From Octopus sinensis (Eukaryota): 64,000 nt of DNA. Positions 52,508 to 64,000 of this stretch are shown here, piece after piece; the first letter of the stretch is position 1, and the number at the start of each line of letters is the position of its first letter. The position numbers and the translations under genes were made by a program. The notes under the pieces are model-generated. The model worked only from the letters and a program-made list of their open reading frames with translations. It ran no database searches and was not told where the DNA came from. The stretch spans positions 57,164,001 through 57,228,000 of the forward strand of contig NC_043004.1 of NCBI RefSeq assembly GCF_006345805.1, read 5' to 3'.

Positions 52508-52554
52508 TATCTCTCTGTATATATATATATATAGTTATCCGTAATAATGAAGGG

Positions 52555-52869
52555 TGAAATTAATTAATTTGGAATAATTATCAATTACACCAAGTAGTCT
52601 TCGGCATGTAAAAGCCTCATTCGAGGAAAATTTAAGTAATACTAAGCAATAAAGGGTTTAGCAACGAATTGCCTTACCACATACCGAATTTAGAAATAGC
52701 AGTCAAAGGGTTATAGCTATTTCTTCTACTAAAAAGGGAGATCTCAGTAAAATTGCTGTTTTTACTGAGATCTCCCTTTTTAGTAGAAGAAATAGTTATA
52801 ACCCTTTGACTGCTATTTCTAAATTCGGTATGTGGTAAGGCAATTCGTTGCTAAACCCTTTATTGCTTA

Positions 52870-52873
<4 letters not shown>
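52555..52873. mobile_element. Element with conserved head and near-perfect 114-bp-arm palindrome
   Basis: 52639-52752 is the reverse complement of 52760-52873 with one mismatch (G.T); 7-nt loop; flanked by (TA)n. Confidence 0.9.
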
Positions 52874-52903
<30 letters not shown>

Positions 52904-53214
52904 GGAAAAAGAGAAACAGACAAAGATAAATGGATTTCATTCGTAGCAGGTTAACGTTTCAAATATAACACACACGTGAACTCATGCAGACACACACAAA
53001 AACAGATATACTCCCCAAACACACACACACACGCCCATACACACATACACACGCTCTTAAACAAATACGCCCACACATATATAAACATAAAGCTTGTATA
53101 AACATATATTAAATTATTTTAATCTGTTCTCGTCATCAATATATGTAAACTTCCGGGATAACATGATAGCATTCGTTGTAGGAATGGTGGATAATCGAAG
53201 CATCATAAACTTAA

Positions 53215-53370
53215 TAACGGTTTCAAATTTCGGAACAAGGCCAGCAATTTCGGGAGAGAGGTTAAGGTGATTACATCGACCCCAGTGCTCAAATGTAACT
53301 CAATTTATAGACCCTGAAATGATGAACGGCAAAGCCGGAAACCATTTTGCCGGGCGTGCTAAAGATTTTG
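53215..53370 (-). mobile_element. SINE family 2, degenerate
   Basis: Minus strand TTAGCACGCCCGGCAAAATG..GCCGTTCATCATTTCAGGG..CACTGGGGTCGATGTAATC. Confidence 0.7.
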
Positions 53371-54662
53371 TAGGTTCTCAGGCTTATAATGATATAAATA
53401 ATAAGCTGTAAATATTGGGTTGAAAGTCATTGAGATCGAAAACAAATAAGGAGATGCTTATTAGACTGTTAGCAGGAAATTTGTGTTCGCGTCCCACGGA
53501 CAACCCTTAGATTTTCTACCCAAGGTTTTTTTTTTGTTTTTTTTTACTCGATATTTTCACGGTATCATTTATAGCTTTATTATATATCGAGATACACCAT
53601 TCTGAAAACTAATGATTTTAAAATTAAATTCAGATTGTTTTTATCGCAAAAGGCTTCTAATAATCCACAAGAAAAGAACCACAGAGTGCAACTCAACATA
53701 GAGAATAATTCAACAATGTTTTCGAAACAATTACATTGGGAATAAATTTCTTATCGACAATTATGATCAATACCTTTGATTAATATTCCTTTTCAACACA
53801 ATTTTGCGCAAAGAAATGACGTAAACACAGGCGCTTAATTAGGAAATGGTTAGTATTTTATTATTTAATTGCTTATTTTCGAACAGAATCGTTCATTTCA
53901 ATTGCGTATGTTATCGAATTCTAAAATGTTCGATAAAATCGTACTAAAATGATCTATCCATCGTAATATATTACTCTGTTCATTTATAGCGATTTCTATT
54001 AAACATATCTTATTTTCGTCCCTGATGATAATGATGATGACGATGATGATGATGATGATATATGTTCATCATCCTCATCATATGTATATCGGACTTCGTG
54101 TATTTGTACCCAAAGTGTTACCGCCAAACGCCACTTTGATGGCATGCTGCCTCAACAGCAGCAGCAACATGAATGCCCTTATGCAATAACTTGCACTGAC
54201 TGACTCTCATGGCTTCTGATCTTAAATGATCGAAAGTGTTATCATGTACGTGGTTTGTATTAGTGTAAAAGATGTGCTACAACACATTTCTGCTCGATAC
54301 TACAGATGTGCTTGTCAATTGTTATGACCATAATCAGTTGGGCATGTCACTTAGTGGCTGACGATATTTGTGTGTCTGATCATGAGCGAAAATAGTGGGG
54401 GAACATCATAGCTATGTGTTTAGAGGAATTCTTTGGGTTTTGAATAATTTATATCTGAAAACATGAGTGTTTCGTTCAATACCCTTAAACAACCCTCGCA
54501 TAGTGTATCTAAAACTATATTATCCAGCAGATATTACTTTCCCTACTGTGTCTAGGATGTCAAATGACGAAATAAAGCATTTCGCGGCAGAATTTCTCAC
54601 ATTCAAAATTGCAAAAAGTACTGAAATATTTTTTATGCCTTATGCACATGCACACACACAAT

Positions 54663-54715
<53 letters not shown>

Positions 54716-54716
54716 C

Positions 54717-54748
<32 letters not shown>

Positions 54749-55852
54749 CTTATACATAGATACTTACATCCATGCATACATACGTCCAAACATACATACT
54801 ATATGGTGGTTGTCTACTCCTTATGCAGGGTCTAACCATCTCGTGTCATTATATCTTAGATCTATCATGGCGTCTGATGTGACTTTCTAAACCAAAGAAT
54901 GTTTTAAAAAATCACGCACATAGATTGCATATCTGATTTGGATCATTATGAGTAGCAGTTAAGTTCTGATCGTTGTGGATCTTAAAATGTCTTTTGAGGG
55001 GTCCCTTAGATTTGCAGACATTATGCTATACACGGCATTCAAAGGTGTGTACAAATATATAGGCAGAGTAATTGGTGGAGGTTCGTTTTTCGTGAACTAT
55101 TAGTACTACTTAGCGAGGTGTTGCTTTTCCTTGAAAAAATATCCTTGTTACTGAGCGGTGAAAATATCACTACAAATTTGGATGCAGTCTAATTTGGATG
55201 TAGTCTAGATTAGTTTACATGTGTACTATTTGTTTAGACATCAATATAGTGCGAGGTGTGGGGTAAAATATGCTCTGGCCTAAAAAAACTGTAGGTTTAA
55301 AACTATATCAGTGCAGCTGATAGGGAGCGCAGTGAATTAGATCGAAATTGAACTTTGAATTAACGGAAACCCAACCAAATAATCTTCAGCAGTAAATATG
55401 TTATTTTAGTGCATCTGACACATTAATGATTATGTTGACTGTAGTTCCGGATTTCCAATATAATCAATACATCAATTAGTTAGCTCAAGTAAACGGTCTA
55501 TTAGCTTTATCAGCTGGAAATATCAGAATCGAAGCGTAATTTTGCGTATAGGGAATTTACAACATAAATGTAGCTGGCTTCATTTTATTACAAACATTTT
55601 AGTCTATTCCGGTATGAAGGCTACGACGGATAATATAATGTCGTCATAAGCTTTATTTAAAAATATAGGTAATAGTTATAGATATGCATAATAAAAATGC
55701 ATGTATGCATGTATATATGTATGTATATATGCATGTATGCATATATATGTGCGCGTGTAGATATATATATAGATATATAGGTATATACATATTTATGTGT
55801 ATACATATGATATATATTTATATGTATGTATATATATATATATATAATTATA

Positions 55853-55902
<50 letters not shown>

Positions 55903-55981
55903 TATATATATTATTGAATTTACTTATATGTGATTTTGAGTATGTACGTATGTATATATGCCGTATCAATCTATCTATCTA

Positions 55982-56060
<79 letters not shown>

Positions 56061-56392
56061 TGCGCGTGTGTGTGAGTATGTGTGTACGTATACTTGTATA
56101 CATAGGAGTGAAATATGAACCGTTTGATGATCAATATAGCTGCAACACGTCCAGTTTCATTTTAAGTGGAAAATGTAGAAAAGTCTGTGAAATGTCCACG
56201 CATGATCAATAATATACCAAGTTCTGATTGAAGGGAAATGCAAAAACTAAACTATCATTAGCATTGTGTTACACTGAATATACGAACCAGAAAACCCAAA
56301 TCAAAGATACATTTATATGAGAAGCAGAACGCTATTAGCACAGCTACATATATTTTTCCTTTTATCATGTGAGTCATCATTAATATTGTCAG

Positions 56393-56781
56393 AAGTGGAG
56401 GCGCAATGGCCCAGTGGTTAGGGCAGCGGACTCACGGTCATAGGATCGCGGTTTCGATTCCCAGACCGGGCGTTGTGAGTATTTATTGAGCGAAAACACC
56501 TAAAAGCTCCACGATGCTCCGGCAGGGGATGGTGGTGATCACTACTGTACTCTTTCACCACAACTTTCTCCCACTCTTACTTCCTGTTTCTGTTGTATCT
56601 GTATTTCAAAGGGCCGGCCTTGTCACTCTCTGTGTCACGCTGAATATCCCCGAGAACTACGTTAAGCGTACACGTGTCTGTGGAGTGCTCAGCCACTTAC
56701 ACGTTAATTTCACGAGCAGGCTGTTCCGTTGATTCGGATCAACCGGAACCCTCGTCGTCGTAACCGACGGAGTGCTTCCTC
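56393..56781 (+). mobile_element. tRNA-derived SINE family 3, full length with 11-bp target-site duplication
   Basis: Head GGCGCAATGGCCCAGTGGTTAGG..GGTTTCGATTCC; TSD AATATTGTCAG at 56382-56392 and 56782-56792. Confidence 0.9.
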
Positions 56782-57320
56782 AATATTGTCAGGTATTCCA
56801 AGAAACTAAATTAAAGAAACGCTATTAAAAACAAGTTTCCTGTCACTAATCTTCCAATCCGTAACCCAGGTCGCAATTACTGATATATTAAAATCCACAC
56901 TCAATAGTTTACTCATTAAATCCAGTTGTCTTGTCTCCAGCTGTCATGTCTATGGAAATTAATTCCCCGTTTCTCAATTTACTTAACAGAATATCTTCTT
57001 GGTCAAAGATGCGTGCTCTGGTCTTTTTACTTTTATTTATCACAATGACTAATAATACACAGCAATCCCCCACGCAAAACAAAAACAAAATGAAAATATA
57101 CAGTCAACTACACTAAAAGCATTTCGATTATAGTGATTCGTACTATTAGCACAATTATATTTGAGTGAACGATTCTGTGTCATGAATCCTGTTTCATTAT
57201 TCACGACAGACAACGGAATTATTTCCATGATAAATGTGCGTAGGTCATGTCTACTCATCATACTGGTCTAAATAAATCCTAATTGAGTCGAGATTATTTT
57301 TGTTGTAGTTATTATTATTA

Positions 57321-57388
<68 letters not shown>

Positions 57389-57389
<1 letters not shown>

Positions 57390-57580
57390 CTATTTTATTT
57401 TTATAACGTGCTTTCACTTCTCTACCGATCGCAGCTCTGTGTGCCTTGGGTATGTGCTGTGGTTTGCTGTGATGCTCTTATGTTTACTGTATTGAAAGTG
57501 TTTTGTGTAGGATGTGTGCAGTGCCCAGTCGTGTAAATTTCTGTATGTTATATATATTTGTAAGTCCTGGTGTTTTATTA
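57389..57580 (-). mobile_element. R4/Dong-type extreme 3' end inside (TAA)n
   Basis: Minus strand translates IQKFTRLGTAHILHKTLSIQ*, like IQKIVLMGTAHILRKILSM* at 62041; (TAA)n on both sides. Confidence 0.75.
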
Positions 57581-57909
57581 TTTTTATCATTATTATTATT
57601 ATTATTTGCATATTTTCTTTAAAACACTAGAAACTATCGCGTGATGTGTATAATCTGAATGACCAAATATTCTCATTTATTTCAGAAGCAGTTGATATGA
57701 AAATTCTCTAAACTATTTATACATAAATATTCCTACTATCAAAAATTACGAATGAGTAATTGAATGCCTTTGTTTGATGTAGCATTAACTGATATTACGG
57801 CAGATCCCAAGGATAAAATATACACCCTAAAGACTAAATTTCGATATACTATATTGCAACTTACCTTTGTAAATACTCGCCCGTCACCGTGTGTTTTTTT
57901 TAATGAAAA

Positions 57910-58170
57910 TGATTCAATGAAAGCCTTGTGAGTGGATTCGACAGACGATGAATGAAAGTGTGCGCGTTTATCTGTATGCACGATTGTGCTGGTGTCCCTA
58001 ACCCCACTGCTTGACAATCGGTGTTTGTTTATATCCTCGTAATCTGGTTGTTCGACAAAAGAAGCGATAGAATAAGTACCAGTCTTTAAAATATGTATTG
58101 GGTCTGATTTGTCCCACTAGAATTCTTCAAGATGGCGCCCTATCATGACCGTTGTCTAATGACTGATGTA
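57910..58170 (+). mobile_element. SINE family 1, old degenerate copy
   Basis: AAAGCCTTGTGAGTGGATT..CTTGACAATCGGTG..GATAGAATAAGTACCAG. Confidence 0.65.
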
Positions 58171-58929
58171 AGTAAAAGATGAAAAAAATGAGAGAATGTG
58201 CTATACATTATTGTTTTTGATTGAAATACGTGAATATCATTCACGTTTTACCTCGTCTGTTTTCTCTCTTTTTCGAGCTTTGACGACCGCTTTGTACGAT
58301 AAGTGATGACTTCAGTTTTTTGTTTCCACGTTCCCCCAAATCTCAACAAAGATGACAATGTTAAAAACACAGAAACTTCTGGTTATTGTAATTCTTCAAT
58401 TATTTTTAATGTTTCAAACGACCCATGATAGATTTTTGTCACGGCAAATATCAAGAGTAGAAAGGTGATTTATTTATAACATAAAAATATTGATAAAACT
58501 CCAGTCTGTGCCACTACCACTAAATCGATTTTATATATTCATTGTTATATAGAATTTATCTCACAAAGTAATTTCATGTATTTGCGCAAAACAGCCATTC
58601 AATAAGTACAAAACTTAACGTTAACTTTTCCATTATTTCTAGATACAATTATAACTGTCATTTTTAGAGATTCATTAAATAATTAGTAATCAACTATAAT
58701 TAATTAATGTCTACATATCCATACATCAATTATATTGCTTGGTTATCATTCATTAATATAAGCACGTTTGCATAGATTACAATAATTGCGGATAGTTCGT
58801 ATAATTTTTCTGAACACCACACTAATGCTGCTGCTGTTGTTATTAGTCGTGCAAGTCGATGTAGAGAACAAATATTCTTTAATGCCTTTCTATATTTAAG
58901 TGATCAAGATCAGCTCGTATCTTTTATTT

Positions 58930-59760
58930 AAGGTATAAAGTTAGCTGCAGTATTGACTGTACTAGATATACTATCTCGCCAACCGACCTAGGATCTTACA
59001 TGGCAGATTCTGACATGAAATAGAAATATCATACGTGGACAGCCTGAATATGAAGGAGTGAGACTAGACATGTGAAATCTTTCATGCAATAATTAACTTC
59101 TTATTAACTGCATTGTAATTTTCCAGGTATACCGACATCTGACTGTTCAAGGAAGTAATTGCTAGTGACGTTAAAATGGTCAACATTTGACATCGTGGTG
59201 TTGTCAAGTACCTTCAGTGAGAGGAGTTTAGCCCTGAAAGACATTCATGCTGACATCCTTGTAAAATTACGGGACGACGCTCAAGCTTTATCAGTAATGC
59301 CTTTTATGATAAGAGATGTAAAGAGGGCAGCTAAATTTAAGTGGAAGGTGAAATCTGGAAGATAACCCAAGGACTGGACGTCCTGCAGCTGCTACTACTG
59401 AAGGAAACATTAATAGTGTTCAACACATGGTGAGTGATGACAGGCGACCGATTATAAAATAACCGATGTTATTAGCATATCCCATGAGAAAGTTGGCATC
59501 ATTCTGCACAATGAAATTGGCACGACAAAGGTCTCTTCTCGGTGGGTGGCATGTTTCTTCCACCTGATCAAAAGTGCACCAGGTCGATCACATCACTGGG
59601 AAAAATTGATATTATTTGAAGCAGAACCATCTGGTTTCCTTCAATATTTAGTAACCCAGTATGAGTATCAGGTTCATTACTTTCAATCAGACAAAGAAAC
59701 AATACATAATTTAATGGAAGGTAATATTCAAAGTCACCGAAGCAGTCATAGAAGGCTTTC
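58930..59760 (+). mobile_element. Mariner (Tc1/mariner) transposon remnant
   Basis: Frameshifted HRGVVKYL..LALKDIHADI..DDAQALS..KW..PRTGRPAAATTEGNINSVQHMVSDDRR..ILHNEIGTTKVSSRWV. Confidence 0.82.
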
Positions 59761-61722
59761 TAAGCACTACAACACCGACAGAACCTCAGGCTGTTGAAAA
59801 GTAAGGCTTATTTGATCACATTCCACAAGAATATGTTGGTCAGGTACTGAACTTTAAAGCCAGCTTTCATATGCAGCACATATAAAGTATTAGAAATATT
59901 CCATTCTTTTTATTTTACGGAATATTAATATCAGAACGATGTTTAACAGTCTGGGTTGTTTGAAAAATATCTGTAAAATGTAGTTTGAAAATTTGGTAAC
60001 GTGACTTACTTTTATTAAGACGAGTGTGATGTGAGGATAATCACTGTAATTATAGAAAGTAGAATGAAAGTTGGCTAGCAGCTCACAAAACTTTAGATTC
60101 TGGCTGTGAGAAGAATTAAAGGAAATAAGTTAGGATTCCTGCGGGTCTAATTGTAATCCCTCTGCATCTGTGATTTATCGTATGCTATCGATGGTAATGG
60201 TCCTAATGAGATTATAAACGACAGCCATTTTATGTACAGCTGTGGTTGTATGCTTTCTGGACTAAGAGGCTGAGACAGATGTTTATAAATATTATTATAG
60301 TAGTATACACACTGAAGTAGATGACTCTAATTATTACGTGATAGTTACACATTGAAAGAGGTATGAGAGTTGGATTAAGGTATAGCAACAAATTCTGTTC
60401 TTCGCGTATCGAAATGCTCTTTCAAGTTTCCATGCGGTTTCTATGTGTGCAGTCAATATGCAACATTTGACGATGCAATGCGCTTTATGTTTCCCCTCCA
60501 GTCTATTGCAGCTTGATTTCTTAGTAACATAACCAGCGCCGGTACAATGTCTAGTGGATGTAGTGTATTTCCTGTACCGCTGTTATTATTTCATTTTGTA
60601 GTCCGAATATGATGATGAAAGTAATTTAATTGTGTTTCTGCGCACGATTTTCGTTTCTTTAATTTATGTTCCTTCTTGCGTAGTTAAAATATAAAATATT
60701 CGATGTTAACTCATATTTTACTTTTTTTCGAACTCTCTCTCTCTTTTCCCCCATCACTGTATTTTTTCACTCACTACTATGTTTTGTCTTTCTAATGAGT
60801 GTGCGTATTATTTTAATATGACCTTCAGAGCTGATTAGAATATAGATACAACATTTAGTTGTGACTTACATTGCATGTATAATTTTCCCAGACAAAATAT
60901 ACCTGAACACTATAAACTCAGTGTAAATTACAGTATTATCTTTCTCAATGTTTGTCGACTTCTGATTCAGAATAAATATATAAAATATCGGATTTCTACT
61001 TACCTACTTTCACCTGCTCCAAGTACAATGCAATTCAACGCATGTTTAGTCATGGCATGTACAAACAAATATTGTAATTTGGAAGAATTTATTCTCGTAA
61101 AACATTGTGTCTTGTTTTAAAGTAGTTAATTTCGTTTTATGATGCAATGTAGGCCGCTGAAAATGAAAGTAAACATTGCGTTGTTAAAAGTCTACAACTG
61201 AATCGTTTCAGCTAGCACAATAAAAGTGCAATTTTTAGATGACTTTGATACGAATTAATCTGTTTGTTTAAATAGGACATTGCCAATAACTAAACTAATA
61301 ATTGCTTTATCACGCCAATTTATGAGACGGGAAGAAAAGGTTTTAAGCAATTAAGTACAAATATGTGGCAGTAGATTAAATATTATAATAGTGAAGATGC
61401 ATTGCAATTATATATAGATGTCCCTTTGAAAATACTGGGCGTCGTTCCAAAATTTAATGTTTACCTGAGATTCTTCAGGAATCTCAGGTGAACATAATTT
61501 TCTAACGAAGCAAATACATATTGATTTGTAAGAACTATTCAACGAATTAAAAAAAGGATGCGTTTCTCATAAACACAAAATACTTATGCAAAAACCATCA
61601 AAATGTGAGTTATCAGCTGTGAAGTGCATACAAAGATTTTCAAAATCCATACATACTAAATAAAACACGAAGCGACCTATATGAAAGATTCAGATCATCA
61701 TCATCAACATCATCATCATGTA

Positions 61723-61819
<97 letters not shown>

Positions 61820-61860
61820 ATACATATATTATATTTATAATTATTATTATTATTATCATT

Positions 61861-64000
61861 ATATGTTTGACTTTTGCTTTACATTTGTACAAGTTGGCTC
61901 CAAGTCTCACCCGGAGACCTCAAGAGACAACAGGTTGGAAGTTCACGTTGTTGTTATGCCTAGTGTGCCATATATTTGGTTGTATTTTGTGTCGTACTGG
62001 TGGATGTCTATAAAAAAAATGTTTGTTTTAAACCTTGAGATTACATAGAAAGTATTTTGCGTAGGATATGAGCAGTTCCCATGAGCACTATCTTTTGAAT
62101 TTCTGCCATTTTTGGGTTTCCTGGTATCTGAGTTAGGTAGCTATCAGCCCCTTTTGCTATCATTCCCAGGGCACCTATGACAACAGGTATTGTTTTAGTA
62201 TTCAGGTTCCACATTTTGCTGATTTCTATTTCAAGATCTTTATATTTGCTCAGTTTTTGGTAGGTCTTGACAGATACGTTTATATCGATTGGGACAGTCA
62301 TATCAATGAGGAGGCATGTTCTTTGTTTGAAGTCTTTCAATATGATGTCTGGCCTATTTGCATCTACCTTTCTGTCAGTTTGAATGGTGAAGTTCCAGAG
62401 GAGTGAGATGTGGTCATTTTCAAGCACTGGGGGTGGTTTTTGTTCCCACCAGTTTTTTCATGGGGAAAATCCAGGTTTTTGCAGATTACCCAGTGAATAT
62501 ATTGTGCAGCTCTATCGTGCCTGTTGAGATACTCTGTAGGCGCTAGAAGACTGCACTTGGAGACAACATGATCAATGGTTTCATTTTGTTGTCGGCATAC
62601 ACGACATGTTGGGCTACTGCTGATCTTTTATATGTTGGCCTGGTAGTTTCTTGTTGGTAGGCATTGATCTTGAGCTGCTATGATAAACCCCCTGTTTCAG
62701 ATTTTAATCCTGAGGCCATTAGCCATTGATGGGTCAGGGCTTTGTCAACATCTGCATAATTCGCTCTCTTTGGGTATTTGCCATAGAGAGGTTTTTCTTG
62801 CCATTTATTATTCAGGCCGCAGATTTAGCACGGGTTAGCTTTTTCTGTGCCTGTTTCTTGTATGTCTATCTCTAATTCCGAAATTTGTTGTATTCGGAAT
62901 TCACTTAGATATTCCTTTGCCTGTTTTGTTACTGAGTATGATGCTTTCTTGTTTTCATGTTTTGAGACAAGTTTTAGCATCCAGTCCTCAGAGTTTTTCA
63001 GCTAGGTGTCTAAGCCAATTGTAGCAATATTCATTGTTATTGCCAGTTGTAAAAGTCCACGGCCTCCCTCTTTTCTTGGCAGATGAAGTTGTTCTGTATC
63101 TGCCTTAGGGTGGTGCATTCTATGCATTGTCAACAGTTTTCGTATTTTTCTGTCAACATTACATATTTCAGTAATTGACCAGTTAACGATATTGAAACTG
63201 TAAGTCACGACTGGTATGGCTAATGCATTGATCGCTTCGATCCTGTTTCTCGCATTCGGCTCTGTCCTGAGTATTGCTCTTACTCTGCGATAACATTCTT
63301 TCCTGATCCTTTCCTTCATCTCTGAATGCCTTATTCCCTCTCCTTCAATTACCCCTAGATACTTGTAGTTCTCCGCTGGGTCTAATTCTTTTATGACGTT
63401 CTGCTGGTCAAGGTTAACGTTAGATGTTTCTGTCATTTTTCCTTTGATAAAGGTAGCTTTTGCACACTTATCGAGGCCAAATTGCATTCTGATGTCATCA
63501 CTGAATTGTTTGACAATCGCTAGTAAGCCCATGAGTTGTTGGTCATTTTTTGCAAAGAGCTTTAAATCATCCATGTAAATGAGATGATTTATATTTTTAT
63601 CAAACAGTTTATATCCGTACTGCGCGTCATTGAGCAGTTTTGAGAGAGGTATTAAGGCTAAACAGAAGAGGAGTGGTGATAGTGAGTCACCCTGGAAAAT
63701 GCCACATGAAATTTTTACATAACCAGCATTTAGAGATTCATTGTCGCTGTTCAAAGTTAGTGTGGTTCTCCATGATCTCATACTTACAGACAAAAAGTTT
63801 CGCATTGTCGGTGCTATCTTATACATGTTTAGGCATTTCTTAATCCAGCTATGTGGTAGGCTATCAAAAGCCTTTTTATAGTCTATCCAGGCTATTGATA
63901 AGTTTTTGTGTCGTTTGTGACAATCTTCTAAGATCATCTTATTGATGAGTAGCTGATCTTTACAACCGTAGGATCCACGTTTACATCCTTTCTGTTCATT
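61861..64000 (-). mobile_element. R4/Dong-clade RLE non-LTR retrotransposon (5' part beyond the window)
   Basis: RT: [38 protein letters not shown]; CCHC knuckle CRVCRQQNETIDHVVSKC; RLE NRPDII..LIDMTVP..KLSKYKDL..PVVIGALG; 3' UTR abuts (TAA)n at about 61838-61859. Confidence 0.93.
62041..63937 (-). pseudogene. R4/Dong ORF remnant (RT, CCHC, RLE), interrupted
   Basis: 311-aa RT piece 63002-63937 and 128-aa RLE piece 62041-62427 with a disrupted middle. Confidence 0.88.

Noticed and set aside
56397-56475. Functional tRNA gene
   Set aside because: tRNA-like head lacks a proper acceptor stem and continues into a SINE body bounded by a TSD; the same applies to 36775 and the other SINE heads
1-64000. 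CRISPR arrays, rRNA genes or prokaryotic operons
   Set aside because: No repeat-spacer periodicity, no rRNA-like sequence; the organisation is entirely eukaryotic and repeat-derived

Overview
AT-rich, repeat-dominated metazoan genomic DNA, most likely an octopus. That assignment is an inference from the tRNA-derived SINE families and the very long (TA)n/(TATG)n tracts. No host protein-coding gene could be identified with confidence; only a few weak exon candidates were found, and most ORFs in the supplied track are microsatellite translations. The recognisable content is mobile DNA. It includes a decayed, near full-length APE/RT LINE (about 7.56-11.52 kb) whose ORF1 region carries Myb/SANT-like and CCCH motifs; three R4/Dong-type RLE retrotransposon pieces, each abutting (TAA)n; several Penelope-like element (PLE) remnants; a mariner remnant; a non-autonomous Helitron; an RTE-like 3' end; and four SINE families. 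There is also an apparently identical 1.1 kb tandem duplication and a 100-N gap. The most notable signal is a set of PLE-type, microsatellite-embedded non-coding elements carrying hammerhead ribozyme motifs and direct or fold-back terminal duplications. One is a 609-bp element with identical 74-bp terminal direct repeats and a hammerhead with a canonical core on the minus strand (34520-34597). The LINE and the commonest SINE share a 3' tail whose stem-loop shows compensatory base changes.
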